A DNA stretch of 64,000 nucleotides from Gemmatimonadota bacterium (lineage in GTDB: Bacteria > Gemmatimonadota > Gemmatimonadetes > Gemmatimonadales > GWC2-71-9): contig JBDHJM010000020.1 in assembly GCA_039586895.1 (NCBI GenBank), forward strand, positions 8,011-72,010, written 5' to 3'. This document shows, piece after piece, positions 17,995-26,919 of this stretch. The notes under the pieces were generated by a model that was not told the DNA's origin, did not search any database, and saw only the letters and a program-made list of their open reading frames with translations. How positions within the stretch are numbered: position 1 is the stretch's first letter; every line of letters starts with the position of its first letter. The position numbers and the translations under genes were made by a program.

Positions 17995-18857
17995 CGGCCG
18001 CACGCCCCGGCATCAGCGACCTTCACGTCCACATCCAGCCGTGGCGCGACCTCAAGCCCGAGGTTGCAGAGCAGATGCGCCGCGGCAAGGAGGACCACTG
18101 GGAGTGGCTCCTCGCCTTGATGGACGACCCCGGCGCGCTGCTGGAGGTGCTGGACCGCTCCGATGTGTGGCGCGTGGGGCTGGTGAACTACCCCAGCCCC
18201 GACCTGATGGGCTTCACCGACAGCACCAACGAGTTCGCCGCACGCTACGCGGAGGCGGCTCCCGAGCGTCTGCTCCCCTACGGGGGTGTGCACCCGCGCT
18301 TCACCACTGATCCCGAGGGCCAGGTCGAGGAGCTGCTGCAGCTCGGTATCCGCTGCCTCAAGATCCACCCGCCGCATCAGGTGTTCCCGGCCAACGCCTA
18401 CACCATGGGCCTGGAGGCGCTGGGCCGCATATACCGGCGCTGCGAGGAGCGCGGCCTGCCGGTTCTGATCCACACCGGCACCAGCATCTTCCCGGGCGCA
18501 CGCTGCAAGTACGGGCGTCCGATGGAGCTGGACGACGTGGCGCTCGACTTCCCTGACCTCAGGATCGTCATGGCGCACGGCGGACGCCCGCTGTGGATGG
18601 ACGAGGCGTTCTTCATCCTGCGCCGGCACCGGAACGTGCACCTCGAGCTGTCGGGCATACCGCCCAAGAAGCTGCTGGAGTATTTCCCGCGCATCCAGGA
18701 AATCGGAGACCGCGTGGTGTGGGGCACCGACTGGCCCAGCCCCGGCGTGCACGACCTGCGGCGTAACCTGGACCAGTTCCTGGCGCTGCCCCTGCCGGAC
18801 GCATTCAAGGACTCCGTGACCCGGACCAACCCGCTCGAGCTCTACCCCGTGCGATGA
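17991..18857 (+). CDS. Amidohydrolase-2-like metal-dependent TIM-barrel hydrolase
   Basis: DLHVHIQP near the N-terminus, IHTGTS, RIVMAHGGRP, VVWGTDWP: the pattern of HxH...H...H...D metal ligands seen in amidohydrolase-2 proteins. Family-level call only. Confidence 0.75.
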   Translation: MTAARPGISDLHVHIQPWRDLKPEVAEQMRRGKEDHWEWLLALMDDPGALLEVLDRSDVWRVGLVNYPSPDLMGFTDSTNEFAARYAEAAPERLLPYGGVHPRFTTDPEGQVEELLQLGIRCLKIHPPHQVFPANAYTMGLEALGRIYRRCEERGLPVLIHTGTSIFPGARCKYGRPMELDDVALDFPDLRIVMAHGGRPLWMDEAFFILRRHRNVHLELSGIPPKKLLEYFPRIQEIGDRVVWGTDWPSPGVHDLRRNLDQFLALPLPDAFKDSVTRTNPLELYPVR

Positions 18858-20296
18858 TGCGCCGCGCCGTGATGGTCCTCGGGCCCGTCGCATTCCTCCT
18901 GACGGTGCTGCTCCCCGCCCCCGAGGGGATTCCCGAGGCCGCATGGCGCGTGGCGGGCCTCGCGGGGTGGATGGCGGCGTGGTGGCTCACCGCGGTGGTG
19001 CCCCTCGAAGCCACTGCCCTGCTGCCGATCGTGCTGCTGCCGCTCACGGGCGTCGTTTCGCTGGGCCGCGTCACGCGCTCCTACGCCGACCCGGTGATCT
19101 TCCTGTTCTTGGGGGGCTTCTTCCTGGCGGCCACGCTCGAGCGCTGGAACCTGCACAAGCGGCTCGCGCTGGCGACCGTACGCGCCGTCGGTACCGACCA
19201 GCGGCGTGTGGTGCTCGCGTTCATGATCGCCGCGGCCGTGGCCAGCATGTGGATCTCGAACACGGCCACCGCCATCATGATGCTCCCCATCGCGCTGGCC
19301 ATCGTGGGGCGGCCTCCCAAGGGCGGCGTCGAGGGCAGGGGCGGCTTTCCCACCGCCCTCATGTTGGGCGTGGCCTACGGCGCCACCATCGGCGGTGTCG
19401 CAACGCTGATAGGCACGCCCCCCAACGCGATCTTCGCCGGCGCCGCGCGCGAGCTGCTGGGACGGGACGTGAGCTTCGCCGAGTGGATGGCGCTGGGGCT
19501 GCCGGTGGCGGTGGTGATGCTGGCTGGCTGCTGGCTGCTGCTGGTCGCGCTGTTCCGGGTGCGCGGCGTGGTCGCCGGGCTGGAAGAGATGCTGGAGCGC
19601 GAACGCCACGCGATGGGGCCGCTGTCGGGCGGCGAGCAGTTCGTGCTGAGCGTGTTTGCGCTAACCGCCCTCGCCTGGGTGCTGCGGGCGCCCAAGACGG
19701 TAGGCGGCGTACGTATTCCGGGCCTCGAGGACCTGCTGCCCGGCATATCCGACCCGGTGATAGCCATCGCGGCGGCACTGCTCTTGTTCGTGATGCCGCT
19801 CAAGGGCCAGCGCCACAAGGTGGCGCTGGACTGGGAGTCGGCCGCCCGAGTCCCGTGGGGCATTCTGCTGCTGTTCGGGGGCGGACTCGCACTCGCGGGT
19901 GCGTTCGAAGCGAGCGGGCTGTCGCAGTGGGTGGGGGCCCAGCTGGGCTCGCTGCGGGGACTTCCCCTGCCGGTCGTCGTGCTGGCCACCGCGGGACTCT
20001 TCGTGCTGCTAACCGAGCTCACCAGCAACACAGCCTCCTCGGCCTTGGGGATGCCGCTCATCGCCGGCGTGGCACAGGGCCTCGGTCTGCCGGCCCTGCC
20101 GCTGATGGCAGCGGTGGCGGTCTCGGCATCCATGGCGTTCATGCTCCCGGTGGCCACACCGCCCAACGCGATAGTTTTCGGCAGCGGCTGGATCCGACCC
20201 GGCCAGATGGCGCGCGCCGGCGTCGGCCTCAACGTCATTGCGGTGCTGATCACGACCATCGCAATCACGATCTTCAGTGCTCTGAAAGGCGGATGA
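18854..20296 (+). CDS. DASS/SLC13-family anion:sodium symporter
   Basis: About 12 hydrophobic segments. Repeated SNTA-type hairpin motifs (WISNTATAIMMLPI; LTSNTASSALGMPL) and PPNAI(F/V) motifs are characteristic of the divalent anion:Na+ symporter fold. Confidence 0.85.
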   Translation: MMRRAVMVLGPVAFLLTVLLPAPEGIPEAAWRVAGLAGWMAAWWLTAVVPLEATALLPIVLLPLTGVVSLGRVTRSYADPVIFLFLGGFFLAATLERWNLHKRLALATVRAVGTDQRRVVLAFMIAAAVASMWISNTATAIMMLPIALAIVGRPPKGGVEGRGGFPTALMLGVAYGATIGGVATLIGTPPNAIFAGAARELLGRDVSFAEWMALGLPVAVVMLAGCWLLLVALFRVRGVVAGLEEMLERERHAMGPLSGGEQFVLSVFALTALAWVLRAPKTVGGVRIPGLEDLLPGISDPVIAIAAALLLFVMPLKGQRHKVALDWESAARVPWGILLLFGGGLALAGAFEASGLSQWVGAQLGSLRGLPLPVVVLATAGLFVLLTELTSNTASSALGMPLIAGVAQGLGLPALPLMAAVAVSASMAFMLPVATPPNAIVFGSGWIRPGQMARAGVGLNVIAVLITTIAITIFSALKGG

Positions 20297-20306
20297 CGAC
20301 AAGACC

Positions 20307-20540
20307 ATGACAAACAGCGACGAGAAATTGGTAGAGGTGGCGAACTTCCGCACCAAGATCGAGGCGGAAACTGCTGCGGGTTTGCTGCTCAGCGAGGACA
20401 TCCCGTATCTCATTCAGTCGCGCGAAGGCGCTCAACTGGGCCCCGGGCCGGCCGGCGCGAGCATCATGGTGCGGCCGGAGGATGCAGAACGCGCACGGCA
20501 GGTCCTGACCGACGCGGGCACCATCGGCGACGAGTCGTGA
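20307..20540 (+). CDS. DUF2007-like small protein (putative signal-transducing protein fold)
   Basis: LVEVANFRTKIEAETAAGLLLSEDIPYLI...IMVRPEDAERARQVL matches the DUF2007 pattern by eye. 4-nt overlap with the next gene. Confidence 0.6.
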   Translation: MTNSDEKLVEVANFRTKIEAETAAGLLLSEDIPYLIQSREGAQLGPGPAGASIMVRPEDAERARQVLTDAGTIGDES

Positions 20541-20917
20541 GCTCCGAGCGTGTCCTGGCGGCGCTGGGCGCTGCCTCGGGACTGATCGCGGTCGCCGCCG
20601 GTGCGTTTGGCGCCCACGCGCTGCGCGCGCGTCTGCCGGAGGACCTGCTGGCAGTGTTCGAGACCGGGGCGCGCTACCAGATCTACCACGCCCTGGCGAT
20701 CCTCGGTGCCGCTCTGGCGTATTCCCGGTGGGGCGGCACGCAGTTCATCGCCGCCGGATGGCTGTTCGTAGCGGGTACGGCCGTGTTCTCGGGCAGCCTG
20801 TACATGCTGGCGCTCACCGGCGCCCGCTGGTGGGGCGCGGTGACGCCGCTCGGCGGGCTCTGTTTCCTGGCCGGCTGGGCGCTGCTCGCCTGGGGCGCTC
20901 TCGCGGGCGGCCGCTGA
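20537..20917 (+). CDS. DUF423 (YgdD-like) membrane protein
   Basis: AAGAFGAHAL...ARYQIYHALAILG...GSLYMLALTG: a four-helix membrane protein with the typical DUF423 motifs. Confidence 0.8.
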   Translation: MSSERVLAALGAASGLIAVAAGAFGAHALRARLPEDLLAVFETGARYQIYHALAILGAALAYSRWGGTQFIAAGWLFVAGTAVFSGSLYMLALTGARWWGAVTPLGGLCFLAGWALLAWGALAGGR

Positions 20918-20919
20918 GG

Positions 20920-21549
20920 GTGCGCCGCCGCCTCACGGCCGCGGAGCGCCGCGTGATCGCGCGTTGCCGCACTCCCCTGCTCACCCAACGCTGGATCAAG
21001 TCACTGCACTACAACTGGGAGCGCAGCGGAGACACCCTGCGCTCGTTCCGCGGCGTGGTGCGCCACGGGCAGGCGCACTGCCTCGAGGCGGCTCTGGCGG
21101 CCGCTACGGTCCTCGAAGCGCACGGGTTTCCGCCGCTGCTGCTCGATCTCGAGTCGCGGGATCATCTCGACCACGTGCTGTTCGCGTTCCGGGCGGGCGG
21201 GCGCTGGGGGGCAGTGGCCGGATCGAGGGACGTCGGCCTGTGGGGCCGCAAACCGGTGTTCCGCACCATCGAGGCCCTGGCGCGCAGCTATTACGAGCCG
21301 TACATCGACCTCACCGGCCGCATCACGGCGTGGGCACTGGTCGACCTGCGGGACCTGGATCCCTACGACTGGCGCCTCTCTCCCCGCAACGTGTGGAAGG
21401 TCGAGCGGTTTCTGATCGATGCCCCGCACCGCCGGATGCCGACCTCCTACCGGCGTTATATTCGACTGCGCGAGCGGTATCGGGAGTTCATCAAGACGCA
21501 CGACCCGCGTGACACGCCGTTCACGCGCGGCCGCCGCAACTGGATGTGA
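20920..21549 (+). CDS. Conserved hypothetical protein, possibly transglutaminase-like Cys/His/Asp fold
   Basis: GTG at 20920, just after the DUF423 stop, inside ORF 20728..21549. GQAHCLEAALAAATVLEAHGFPP ... DHVLFAFRAGGRWGAV resembles a Cys...His core of transglutaminase-like proteins. Weak inference. Confidence 0.5.
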   Translation: MRRRLTAAERRVIARCRTPLLTQRWIKSLHYNWERSGDTLRSFRGVVRHGQAHCLEAALAAATVLEAHGFPPLLLDLESRDHLDHVLFAFRAGGRWGAVAGSRDVGLWGRKPVFRTIEALARSYYEPYIDLTGRITAWALVDLRDLDPYDWRLSPRNVWKVERFLIDAPHRRMPTSYRRYIRLRERYREFIKTHDPRDTPFTRGRRNWM

Positions 21550-21555
21550 GGGACG

Positions 21556-22404
21556 ATGAGCCAGACGGTGTACCTCAACGGAGCGTACCTGCCTCTGGAG
21601 GAGGCGCGGATTTCCCCTGAGGACCGGGGCTTCCTCTTCGGCGACGGCATCTACGAGGTGGTGCGTGCCTACGGCGGCGCGTTCTTCGAGCTGGATGCCC
21701 ACCTGGAGCGCATGCGCCGCGGCCTTGCAGCACTGCGTATCGGCGGCGTGGACGTGCCGGGCCTCGCGACCGTGGCAGGGTCCCTGCTCGAGCGCAATGG
21801 GCTCGCCGGCAGCGACGTGCTCGTCTACATGCAGGTGACGCGCGGGGCCGCCAGGCGCGGGCACGCGTTCCCGCAGCCGCAGCCGGCGCCGACCGTCTAC
21901 GCTGCGCCCACCGAGTTCCGTCCCAAGGCGGACCCGGCACACGGCGTAGCGGTGGTCACTGCCGCCGACCAGCGCTGGACGCGCTGCGACATCAAGACCA
22001 CTGGACTGCTGGCCAACTGCATGGCCCTGCAGGACGCGGTGGAGGCGGATGCGACGGAGGCCCTGCTGGTGCGCGACGGAGTCGTGCTGGAGGGCACGCA
22101 CACGAGCTTCTTCGGAGTCTTCGAGGGCGTGGTGCGCACGGCGCCCGCCTCCAACTACATCCTGCCCAGCATCACGCGGCGAGTCGCCCTCGAGCTGTGC
22201 GAAGAGCACCGTATCCCGTCGCTGGAGGCGCCGATATTCGCCCATGAGCTGGGCGCGGCCGACGAGCTGTTCCTGGCCGGCACCACGATGGAGATCATGC
22301 CCATCGTGCAGGTGGACGGCGGTCCGGTGGGGGACGGGCGCCCCGGTCCGGTGGCGGGCCGGCTGCTCGAGCTGTTCCACAGCCGCACTCCAGGAGCGGT
22401 GTAA
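21556..22404 (+). CDS. Class IV aminotransferase (D-amino-acid / branched-chain type)
   Basis: RGFLFGDGIYEVVRAY, HLERMRRG, DIKTTGLLANCMA, ELFLAGTTMEIMPIVQVDG: fold-type IV PLP enzyme motifs. Confidence 0.85.
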   Translation: MSQTVYLNGAYLPLEEARISPEDRGFLFGDGIYEVVRAYGGAFFELDAHLERMRRGLAALRIGGVDVPGLATVAGSLLERNGLAGSDVLVYMQVTRGAARRGHAFPQPQPAPTVYAAPTEFRPKADPAHGVAVVTAADQRWTRCDIKTTGLLANCMALQDAVEADATEALLVRDGVVLEGTHTSFFGVFEGVVRTAPASNYILPSITRRVALELCEEHRIPSLEAPIFAHELGAADELFLAGTTMEIMPIVQVDGGPVGDGRPGPVAGRLLELFHSRTPGAV

Positions 22405-22436
22405 CCGGGCCCGCGCGGCCGCCGTAGTGACTCTCG

Positions 22437-22910
22437 ATGCCTGATACCGAACGCTGCTCCCGCTGCGGACACCCGCTGGAGATCCTCTCCAAGCCGGTGC
22501 GCCGCCTGCGCTGGTCCCGCTATTGGTGGGACGGCATGAAGAGCCTGCTGACCGGGCCGATGAAGCAGTGCGGGCAATGCGGCGCGATCTACTCCAACGA
22601 GGGTCAGCTCGTCGCCGCCGGCGCCATCGAGACCGAGGCCGAGCAGAGGCTCAACCTGTACCGCAAGGACATGGCGTTCCTGCGCGACAGCTTCGCGGGG
22701 ATCTCGGTCGCGGCGGGCGTGGCAGTGTGGTGGCTGCTGTCTGGGGGCGAGTCGCTCGAGCTGGCCCGGGCCATCGTAGCGGGTTCGGTGGGCGGTGCCG
22801 CGCTGGTTCCGTTCTTCTACTTCGGCCGCAAGGCGCGGCTCGCGAGGCGCGACCTCAAGCAGCTGCGCCAGGCGCGCCGGTCGGGCCACATCCTGAAGCA
22901 GGGCTCCTAG
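22437..22910 (+). CDS. Zinc-ribbon membrane protein, unknown function
   Basis: CSRCGHP...CGQCGAIY (two CxxC pairs), then two hydrophobic helices and a basic tail. High GC3. No family recognised. Confidence 0.5.
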   Translation: MPDTERCSRCGHPLEILSKPVRRLRWSRYWWDGMKSLLTGPMKQCGQCGAIYSNEGQLVAAGAIETEAEQRLNLYRKDMAFLRDSFAGISVAAGVAVWWLLSGGESLELARAIVAGSVGGAALVPFFYFGRKARLARRDLKQLRQARRSGHILKQGS

Positions 22911-22919
22911 GCGCGCACG

Positions 22920-25748
22920 TCAGGGCTGCGGCACCCAGCGCAGCCTGGTACCCTCGCCCCGCAGCCCCTGCACCGGCTGCGGTGTACCCTGTCCGTCGCG
23001 TCCCAGCACGTAGACCCGGTCCCCGTCACCCGCCAGCCTGAACGCGACCTGCTCGCCGTCGGGCGACCACGCAGGTGACCCCTCTACCGCAGCTGGGAGC
23101 GGAACAACGACCGGTGCGGTGTTGGGGCGCAGGTCGCCGAGAGCGAGCGCGGCTCCGTCCTGCGCCACGCAGGCCAGCCTGCCGCCATCCGGCTCCCAGC
23201 TCACAGCGAAGGCGGCGCCGCACCACTCGATGGTCGTGGCGCTGCCGTCACCAACCGTCAGCAGCACCAGCTCGTATCCCTGCGCGATCCGCCGCAGTGC
23301 GAGGATCCGGTCGCCCGATGGGGAGATCTGCGAGGTAGCCGGATCGAAGCTGCCGTCGGCTCCCCACCCGGCGAGGCCGGCAGCCGGATCCATGACTCCC
23401 ACCGAGTCGATCGCAACGGCCCAGCTGCCCCCGCCCTCCAACGCGGCCGCGCCGCCCGGGCCTCCGTTCCGCAGTGCGTCGACCACCGCCACCCCAGTCA
23501 CGCCGAGTGCGATGACGGCCGCGGCGCCGCCCAACGGCACGGCCCAGCGCATCCATTCGCGCTCCGAGCCCGGGCGCTCCACCTGCTCCAGCCAGCGCCG
23601 CGGCGACTGGCGGCCCGCGAGCACCGAGCGGAGCATCATGTCCAGCTCCGCCCGAATCCGCTCAGGCATGGCATCGATCACGGCCCGCAGTGTCTCGCGC
23701 GCCGACTCTTCGCCCACGGCTCGATCGGCCGCGGCCGCGGCGCGCGCAGCGTTGCGCGCAGCGCGCTCGGCGTCACCGGTGGCGCCGGCGTGGTGTGCTG
23801 CCACGGACCACTCTGCGCTGCGCCCCATTCGCGCCGCCTCTTCGGCCAGGTCGGCGGCGCGCTCGTGGAATGCCCGCACGTCGGAGTCCGGTACTCGGCG
23901 CAGGGCGGCTGCCGCGAGCTCATCATGCAGCACGAGAGGCAGACCGCTCTGCCGCCCGATGAGCCGGCGCCGCTGCAGCGCGCCCAGTGAGCTCTCCACC
24001 ACCTCAACCTCGCTTCCGGTGAGGTATGCGAGGTCCGCCACCGCCGTCTCGCGCTCGCGCACCGCCAGCGCTGCGAACACGCGTAGCGGATGCTCGCCGA
24101 TCATCTCGAGGCGCTTCTCCAGGATCGCATCGGTGGTCGTGGGCACGGGCAGCGCGCTGCTGGGTGAGAGCAGTGTCCCGCTCAGGACCCACTCCCCGTC
24201 CTCTACCTGCAGCTCCCCCGCGTCGTACAGCGCTTTGAGCAGCTCCAGCACGTAGAACGGCACGCCGGCGGTGTTCTGCACGACGCGCTCCGCCAGGTGC
24301 CAGCCGCTGTCCTCCGCAGGCAGCTTGGCGATGGACCCGATGAAGTGCCACACGTCGGTCACGTCGAGCGGCGTGAGCCCCACTTCCATCACGATTCCGG
24401 TGCTGGTGACCTCGCGCAGAGCTCGCCCGGTCTCGGTCACGCGCGCCACGTCCCGCGCCGTGATCATCAGCAGCATGTGAATCGAGCGTGCCTTGCGCGC
24501 CAGGCGGTGCACGAATCCGACGGTGGCGGGGGTGGCCCGGTCCAGGTCTTCGATTATCAGGACCAGCGGCAGCTCCTCGGCAAGCGCCGCATACGCGTCG
24601 ATCATCGCAGTCGAGAGGGCTTCCCGTGGGATCGGCGCGTGGCGCGGCGTCACAGTGGAGCTGAAGCGGGTCGCGATCTCGGGGATGAACGCTCCCAGTA
24701 CCTCGAGGGACGAGGGAGACGCGGCCGACAGGCCCGGGCTCATGTGTGCTTCCCGCAGCATCTCCAGGAAGGGCGCCAGCGGGTCCGACTGCTCCACCGT
24801 GTAGCAGGCGGACGTGAGCACCATGCATGGGTCGCGCTGGACGCGGCGCTCCAGGTCGCGGGTCAGCCGGGTCTTGCCGATGCCGGCCTCTCCGGAAATG
24901 AGAACCGCCCCGCCTTCGCCGTGCAGCGTACCCTTCCAGCGGTCGACGACGGAACGGAACTGCGCCGCCCGCCCCACCAGCTCGGGATGGCGCGGGAAGC
25001 CGCGCGACTGGCGCCGGTCCGGGATCGCCGCGGGAGAAATGGCTCGGTGCAGCGCGTCCTCGACGACCTGAGGAATCCGCTCACCGTGAATCTCCGCGGC
25101 CACGCGCCGCACTTCCTCCGCTGCGGCCTGGGCGCGAACCTCGTCGCCCGCAAGCGCCAGCAGCTCCACCAGCTTGATGCGGGGCTCCAGGTCGAACGGA
25201 TCGCGCTCGATGAGCCGCGAGGAGTACTGCGCCGCGTCTCCCCAATTGCCGGCGTCCACCGCAGCCGCCACCAGGCTCTTGAGCAGCTGGCGCCACTCGG
25301 CAGCGAGCTGTTGCCGCATTCCCTCGGCCCACTGCTCGAACTCGCGCGCGCCCGACAGCGCCACGTTGGAGAGGAAATCGGTCTCGTACAGCTCGTGCGC
25401 CTCCAGCAGCCGTCCCTGGGCCAGCAGGGATCTGAAATGCTCCACGTCGTAGGCCAGGTTCTCCTTCTGGAGCGCGAGTACCTCGTCGCCGCTCAACAGC
25501 TCCCGGTCGGTGCCGTGGCGGATCTGATACACCACCTGACGCAGGGCCTGGCGCGCATCGTGCGGCGATGAGCCCTCCCACAGCAGGCCGATGAGCTCTT
25601 CGCGGGTCGCCCGGGCCTGCGGCCGGGAGGCGAGGTAGATCAGAACCGCCAGCTGCTTGGAAAAACGCAGGCACTCCTTGGCCTCCCGGCGCTCACCGAG
25701 GGTGAGCCCGGGGGTGCGGGCCAGGGTGCGGAGATAAAACCGTGCCAT
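22920..25748 (-). CDS. Membrane-anchored SARP/BTAD-AAA ATPase regulator with C-terminal TolB-like (PD40) repeats
   Basis: - N-terminal winged-helix plus BTAD region: REELIGLLWEG..., YDVEHFRSLL..., DPFDLEPRIKLVELLALAGD.
- P-loop: ISGEAGIGKTRL.
- Long helical region.
- One TM helix: WAVPLGGAAAVIALGVTGVAVV.
- C-terminal repeats: SPSGDRILAL / WEPDGGRLACV / WSPDGEQVAFRL. Confidence 0.8.
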   Translation of the reverse strand: MARFYLRTLARTPGLTLGERREAKECLRFSKQLAVLIYLASRPQARATREELIGLLWEGSSPHDARQALRQVVYQIRHGTDRELLSGDEVLALQKENLAYDVEHFRSLLAQGRLLEAHELYETDFLSNVALSGAREFEQWAEGMRQQLAAEWRQLLKSLVAAAVDAGNWGDAAQYSSRLIERDPFDLEPRIKLVELLALAGDEVRAQAAAEEVRRVAAEIHGERIPQVVEDALHRAISPAAIPDRRQSRGFPRHPELVGRAAQFRSVVDRWKGTLHGEGGAVLISGEAGIGKTRLTRDLERRVQRDPCMVLTSACYTVEQSDPLAPFLEMLREAHMSPGLSAASPSSLEVLGAFIPEIATRFSSTVTPRHAPIPREALSTAMIDAYAALAEELPLVLIIEDLDRATPATVGFVHRLARKARSIHMLLMITARDVARVTETGRALREVTSTGIVMEVGLTPLDVTDVWHFIGSIAKLPAEDSGWHLAERVVQNTAGVPFYVLELLKALYDAGELQVEDGEWVLSGTLLSPSSALPVPTTTDAILEKRLEMIGEHPLRVFAALAVRERETAVADLAYLTGSEVEVVESSLGALQRRRLIGRQSGLPLVLHDELAAAALRRVPDSDVRAFHERAADLAEEAARMGRSAEWSVAAHHAGATGDAERAARNAARAAAAADRAVGEESARETLRAVIDAMPERIRAELDMMLRSVLAGRQSPRRWLEQVERPGSEREWMRWAVPLGGAAAVIALGVTGVAVVDALRNGGPGGAAALEGGGSWAVAIDSVGVMDPAAGLAGWGADGSFDPATSQISPSGDRILALRRIAQGYELVLLTVGDGSATTIEWCGAAFAVSWEPDGGRLACVAQDGAALALGDLRPNTAPVVVPLPAAVEGSPAWSPDGEQVAFRLAGDGDRVYVLGRDGQGTPQPVQGLRGEGTRLRWVPQP

Positions 25749-25893
25749 TGGGTCGGGAGTCAGGCTCTCGTTAGCAAGCCGTTGTTGTGCAATCGATTCA
25801 CGCCCCTCTCACGAGAGGCTTGTAGCGAAAGGTGCGCCCCAGGGGACTCCAGTCAAGTCATTCTGGGAATCGGAGGTCAAGACGGGACAGGGA

Positions 25894-26127
25894 ATGCGGA
25901 GGCGTTGGGTGGTAGTGGCCGGGGGTGCTTTGGTCATCCTGGCCGGTTTCGCCACCGGGTGCGCATCCAAACGAACTCAGGTCGCTTATTGGGACCGTGT
26001 GAGCCGGCTCGACTGCCAGTACGGCACCGAGACAGTCAGGGACACCGTGGTCGTGACCGGCGCTGACGGCAACCGTTGGGCCCTCGAGCGGCGCCGCACG
26101 CGCTGCTCCGACGTCGCCGCCCCCTAG
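25894..26127 (+). CDS. Small lipoprotein, unknown function
   Basis: MRRRWVVVAGGALVILAGFATGCAS (lipobox). 77 aa, moderately high GC3. No homology recognised. Confidence 0.45.
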   Translation: MRRRWVVVAGGALVILAGFATGCASKRTQVAYWDRVSRLDCQYGTETVRDTVVVTGADGNRWALERRRTRCSDVAAP

Positions 26128-26210
26128 GCGACCGAAGCCTATCGGAAAGCCGTGACGGTGTGAGCCCCAGCCGCCTCCGGGCGCCGTGCGTCCAACACCC
26201 CTCCGGCGGG

Positions 26211-26252
26211 GAAAACAAGAGGGCGGCGGGTCCCCTGTGACCCGCCGCCCTC
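26211..26252 (-). terminator. Rho-independent terminator downstream of rpmA (hairpin may also serve the convergent + gene)
   Basis: Perfect 14-bp stem GAGGGCGGCGGGTC / GACCCGCCGCCCTC (26219-26232 / 26239-26252) with a 6-nt loop. On the minus strand it is followed by TTGTTTTCCCC. Confidence 0.6.
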
Positions 26253-26274
26253 AGACCTTTGCTGGAGCCAGCGC

Positions 26275-26541
26275 CTAGGCGACTGCCTCCGCCGGGTACA
26301 CGCTCACGCGCATCCGCTTCTTGTTGTGGTGCTCGAACTTCACCACGCCGTCGATCAGCGCGAACAGGCTGTCATCGCTCGCCCGCCGCACGTTGCGGCC
26401 CGGGTGGAACTTGGTGCCGCGCTGCCGCACCAGGATGTTCCCCGCCCGCACTGCCTGGCCGCCGAAGCGCTTCACGCCCAGGAATTTGGGCTGCGAGTCG
26501 CGCCCGTTGCGGCTGGAGCCTACGCCCTTCTTATGCGCCAT
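26275..26541 (-). CDS. rpmA: 50S ribosomal protein L27
   Basis: [46 protein letters not shown]: canonical L27. Confidence 0.95.
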   Translation of the reverse strand: MAHKKGVGSSRNGRDSQPKFLGVKRFGGQAVRAGNILVRQRGTKFHPGRNVRRASDDSLFALIDGVVKFEHHNKKRMRVSVYPAEAVA

Positions 26542-26547
26542 TTCGTG

Positions 26548-26865
26548 CTACCCGAGCTTGAGGTCGGTGATCTTGATCTCTGTGAACGGCTGCCGGTGAC
26601 CGGTCTTGCGCCGGTAGTTCTTGCGTCGCTTGAAACGGAAGACGAAAATCTTGTCGTCACGCCCGTGGCGCACGATCTGGCCCACCACCTTGGCCCCCGT
26701 CACGGTGGGCTGGCCGGCCTTGATCTTCTTGCCGTCGCTGGCCAGCAACACATCGTCGAAGGTGACCTTGCTGCCGGGCTCCCCCGCCAACTTGGGGACC
26801 TGGAGCGTGACACCCTTCTCCGCACGGAACTGCTGTCCGGCCGCCTTGAAAATCGCGTATGACAT
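26548..26865 (-). CDS. rplU: 50S ribosomal protein L21
   Basis: MSYAIFKAAGQQFRAEKG...VFRFKRRKNYRRKTGHRQPFTEIKI: canonical L21. Located 6 nt upstream of rpmA. Confidence 0.95.
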   Translation of the reverse strand: MSYAIFKAAGQQFRAEKGVTLQVPKLAGEPGSKVTFDDVLLASDGKKIKAGQPTVTGAKVVGQIVRHGRDDKIFVFRFKRRKNYRRKTGHRQPFTEIKITDLKLG

Positions 26866-26919
26866 AGACGCTAACGGTACCCAGGACAGATGGTTGGGTC
26901 AAGTGCCGCAGTAGAGCCC

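Noticed and set aside
26657-26919. 3' extension of the RNase G/E ORF (592-aa version).
   Set aside because: It overlaps rplU by about 200 nt in another frame and encodes Gly/Arg/Ala-rich nonsense after the CP dipeptide. The conserved RNase G C-terminus is in a different frame (26920..27189).
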